NCBI GenBank assembly: GCA_013265495.1
Contig: MU058844.1
Location: 3,849,895-3,913,894, forward strand
DNA length: 64,000 nucleotides
Direction: 5' to 3'
Origin: Vicugna vicugna
Lineage: Eukaryota
A program made the position numbers and the translations under genes. The notes beneath the pieces were generated by a model. That model searched no databases. It saw nothing but the letters and a program-made list of their open reading frames with translations, and was not told the origin of the DNA. Positions 60,931 to 64,000 of the stretch are shown piece after piece (within the stretch, counting starts at the first letter, position 1; the number at the start of each line of letters is the position of its first letter).

Positions 60931-61994
60931 CAGTTATTTCATTTTGCCAGATTATTATGCTGACTATCTGCTTTAACAATTGGGAAGCCCAGTAGGGACA
61001 CACTCTTGCACACTAAGCTACCCTGCTCTGCTGCAACTTGAATAGAAGAAGTAATTTTGCAGAGCCAAATTACCCCATAAGCAGAGAAAACACTTGGGAA
61101 GTCTATCAGTAATGCATGGGCACTGTGCAAAATTTTTTTGAAATAATTTGATATTTTATAATGGGTACTAAAATCATTCACTGTACATGAATTTGGATCG
61201 GTTATTTTTACTTTATTAAAAAAATTGAGTAGGGTTGAAGTGGCACCAAAAACTGTTTTTGGCTTACATCCCCTAAATACTTCCCTGTCCATAGGTCAGA
61301 AAAAAACAATTTTTGGCATTATATGGTATTTACTTCTGATTTTTCAGAACTAAATGAGGGTTCCTCTTAACTGTTATCTGAGTGTCATTTCTATCACTCT
61401 GTCTTTAGAGGCAATTAGTACTATGAGTTTGGTGTGTATAATTATATATTATTCATCACAAGAAATACATATTTGTTGTAGAACATTTTTAAAATGAAGA
61501 GAAGGAAAATAAGATGATAAAAATCATTCATGATCCCATCGCTCAGAGACAACCCCTATGGTTTGATATGTTTCCCTTTAGTTTTTCTCTGTGAATACTA
61601 TATAAATGTTTACAAAAAACATTCTATAGTGTTTCCACATGCAGCATAGCTTAATGATTAAGAACAGAGATTCTTGAACTAGGCAGCCTTGGGTGAGTTC
61701 CAGTTCACTATTTCCCTAGGTCTCCTCCAAACCCCCTCTAGACACCCCCTAACATCCACAAACATACATAAAGTATAATACCTCTGCCTCTTCCTGAACT
61801 TTCTCTTAATTGTGGTTTGTGTTTATTCTCATCATTTTACAAATAAAGAGACTAAAGCACAGGACAGTTAAGTGATGAACCCAAAGTCACATTGCCAGGA
61901 AAGATGTGCAGGGACTCCAGGCGGGCATGGTGAGGGGGAGGACAAGGAGAGTGTTACAAGCATGGTAGTCTTCAAGATAGATAAAGGCTTGAAT

Positions 61995-62245
61995 TTTTTA
62001 AATAATATTTTTATTTTGAAATAATTTAAGCTTTACAGAAAAGCTCAAAAGATAATTCAGAAAGTTCCAGTGTACTTCCCACCCACTTTCTCCTAATGTT
62101 AACATCTTATATTACTATGGTACCTTTGTCAAAACTGAAACTAACATCAGTATATAATTTTATTGAGATTGCTCCAGTTTTTCAATTTATTTCCTTTTTG
62201 TGCTTCAGGGCCCAATTCAGGACAACCCATTCCATTTAGTTGAAC
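61995..62245 (-). mobile_element. L1MB/MC-type 3' end
   Basis: 'tttattttgaaataatttaagctttacagaaaagctc...tcctaatgttaacatcttatattactatggtac...gtcaaaact'. Confidence 0.8.
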
Positions 62246-62639
62246 TATGTTTTGAAGATGAATAATAATTTGATGTACAAAGGGAAGGAGGGAAAGCTCA
62301 GGACAATGAGGTATCTGTGGGACAATGAAAGTAGAGGTATCGATCAGGACTAAGCAATGAGATGTGGGGTTAACGAGAGGACTGACTTGATCAGAACAGG
62401 CTGAGAAGGAGGTAGTAAGGAATGGAAAGTTTTGGGGAATTACTTTGAATAGGGTAAGAATGGAAATTTCAAGCAGAGTAATTGTATTTCATGGGTATTA
62501 TGGGGACAGTAGACAAAGGAGCAAAGGTGTTTAAGAAAATTGGGGAAAGAACATGGATTTCCAGCCCTTCCCACTAAGATCTGATCCTGGAGAGAGTCAG
62601 AGAAGAAGATTGCCTGGAAGACACTAAAGGACATTTTGT

Positions 62640-62810
62640 CATCTAATTCTCACAGCAAACATTCAGGTAAGTGTTATCATTAATGCTCATTTAGGAAAGG
62701 AAATTGAGGTTTATGAAGGTCATGTAATTTGCATAAGGTCAAACTACCAATAAGTGGTGGTACTGGAAACTGAACCAACATTTGACTGACTCCAAAGACT
62801 GTGCTTTATT
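62640..62810 (-). mobile_element. MIR SINE
   Basis: 'atctaattctcacagcaa...aggaaattgaggttt...taatttgcataaggtcaaact...tgactgactccaaagactgtgct'. Confidence 0.8.
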
Positions 62811-63599
62811 GTCTAGTTTAATCTAAAGTGTTCTTAATTATAATTATCAGAGTTCATAGTATAATTCTCTTCCTCTTCCAGGCAGGTTGCTAAGTGTTAG
62901 ACATTTGTATTTCATCAGCTTTTTCTGAAAGAATCCAGTTGGGACTCTGATGTCCTGCAACACTCCTTCAAGGATCAGAACGTGTCTCCATTCTTTCATG
63001 GGTAGTGGTTACACAATAAGGAAATCATTTGAGGGGATCTATCATTGACTAATGGGGCCAGTTTGACCTTGGGTGGGTAATTATATGTTTTTAAAATTCA
63101 ACTGACTTGGGGGTTAGATCATGACCCATATTGCTGTGTAGAGCTTAGACTCCCACATTTTGGCTTGGGTCCTAAGCCAGAAGGAAGACAAGTAACCTGA
63201 GAAGTGGCAGGAAGCAGCTATAAGCAGCTATGGGCAGTGGCATCAGGGAGAAAAGAAAGCTTTTTGATCTTTTTCCCTGCTTCAATTCCCATTTGAAAAT
63301 TGGTGCCTCTGAGAGGGGGAGTATCTGAAGTACTGAAGAGACCTTGTCTTCAAAGCATCTCTCTCTGATCTCTCCCTTCCTATATTCCTTCCTCTTGCTC
63401 TCTACCAGTTCTGTTCAGATTTCCAGGTTTTCTCCTGAACTTTTGAAATATACTCATCATTCAGTCTGGCAAAATCATTAAAAAAGTCAGCATTGGTTCT
63501 ATTGCAACATTGACCTTCAAGAATGATACGCTTACATTTTCTTGGCATTCTGTTGAGATTGTATTTGTCATTTTTTATTAGTCAACTTAATCTCTGAAT

Positions 63600-64000
63600 T
63601 ATAACTGGTTGCCTTTTTGTCTTGCTGGTTTTCTTTTTACCCAATGGTTCAATAGATACTCCTTCTCAAACTTTCCTGATGACTCTTCCTCTTGCAATTG
63701 ATGAATGTTAGCATGCCCCAGTCTCTGACCTTCAACCCTCCTCTAGCTATACTCCTTTCTTAGATGAACTTGCCAAGACCCATGGTATTAAAAATCATCT
63801 ACATGCTACTGGCCAAGCAATTTGTATTTCCATCCCTGACTATCTCCTCAACTCAAGGGTCAAGTATCTGACTGACTATTTGACATCTCTTCTTGAATGT
63901 ACAATAGTCATCTCCATATCGCCAATTCAAAAGCTGAACTCATAAGACTTCTCAAATTTTATTTTTCCTAAACCTTTCTCATCACAGTAAATGGCAACAA
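63600..64000 (+). mobile_element. L2 remnant running off the window end
   Basis: 'catctacatgctactggcc...atttccatccctgactatctcc...tttgacatctcttcttgaatgtacaatagtcatctc...aaagctgaactcat'. Confidence 0.8.

Noticed and set aside
60939..61292. 117-aa minus-strand ORF
   Set aside because: No recognisable domain or convincing splice context, so likely chance.

Overview
AT-rich, repeat-dense eutherian mammalian DNA, intronic or intergenic, with no host protein-coding gene I can recognise. It is most likely camelid (alpaca, llama or camel): it carries a tRNA-Ala(AGC)-derived vic-1-type SINE and artiodactyl-style L1 3' ends, and I saw no Alu, B1, Bov-tA or CAN SINEs. The window layers ancient repeats (L2, MIR, L4/RTE-X-like, L1M, MLT1 solo LTRs, MER/Tigger DNA transposon relics) under younger L1 insertions. 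The most notable structure is a ~3.06 kb L1 at 35641-38700. It has both termini and a target-site duplication, and keeps the 5'UTR and a decayed ORF1, but lacks the ORF2 endonuclease, RT and zinc knuckle. Other oddities are a twin-priming-like micro-inversion at an L1 5' junction, nested micro-insertions with TSDs, perfected palindromes inside old repeats, and several repeat-free stretches that may be regulatory. Repeat family names come from recall of consensus sequences and were not database-checked. Boundaries of old repeats are approximate. The only ORFs in the supplied track that I recognise as proteins are L1-derived.
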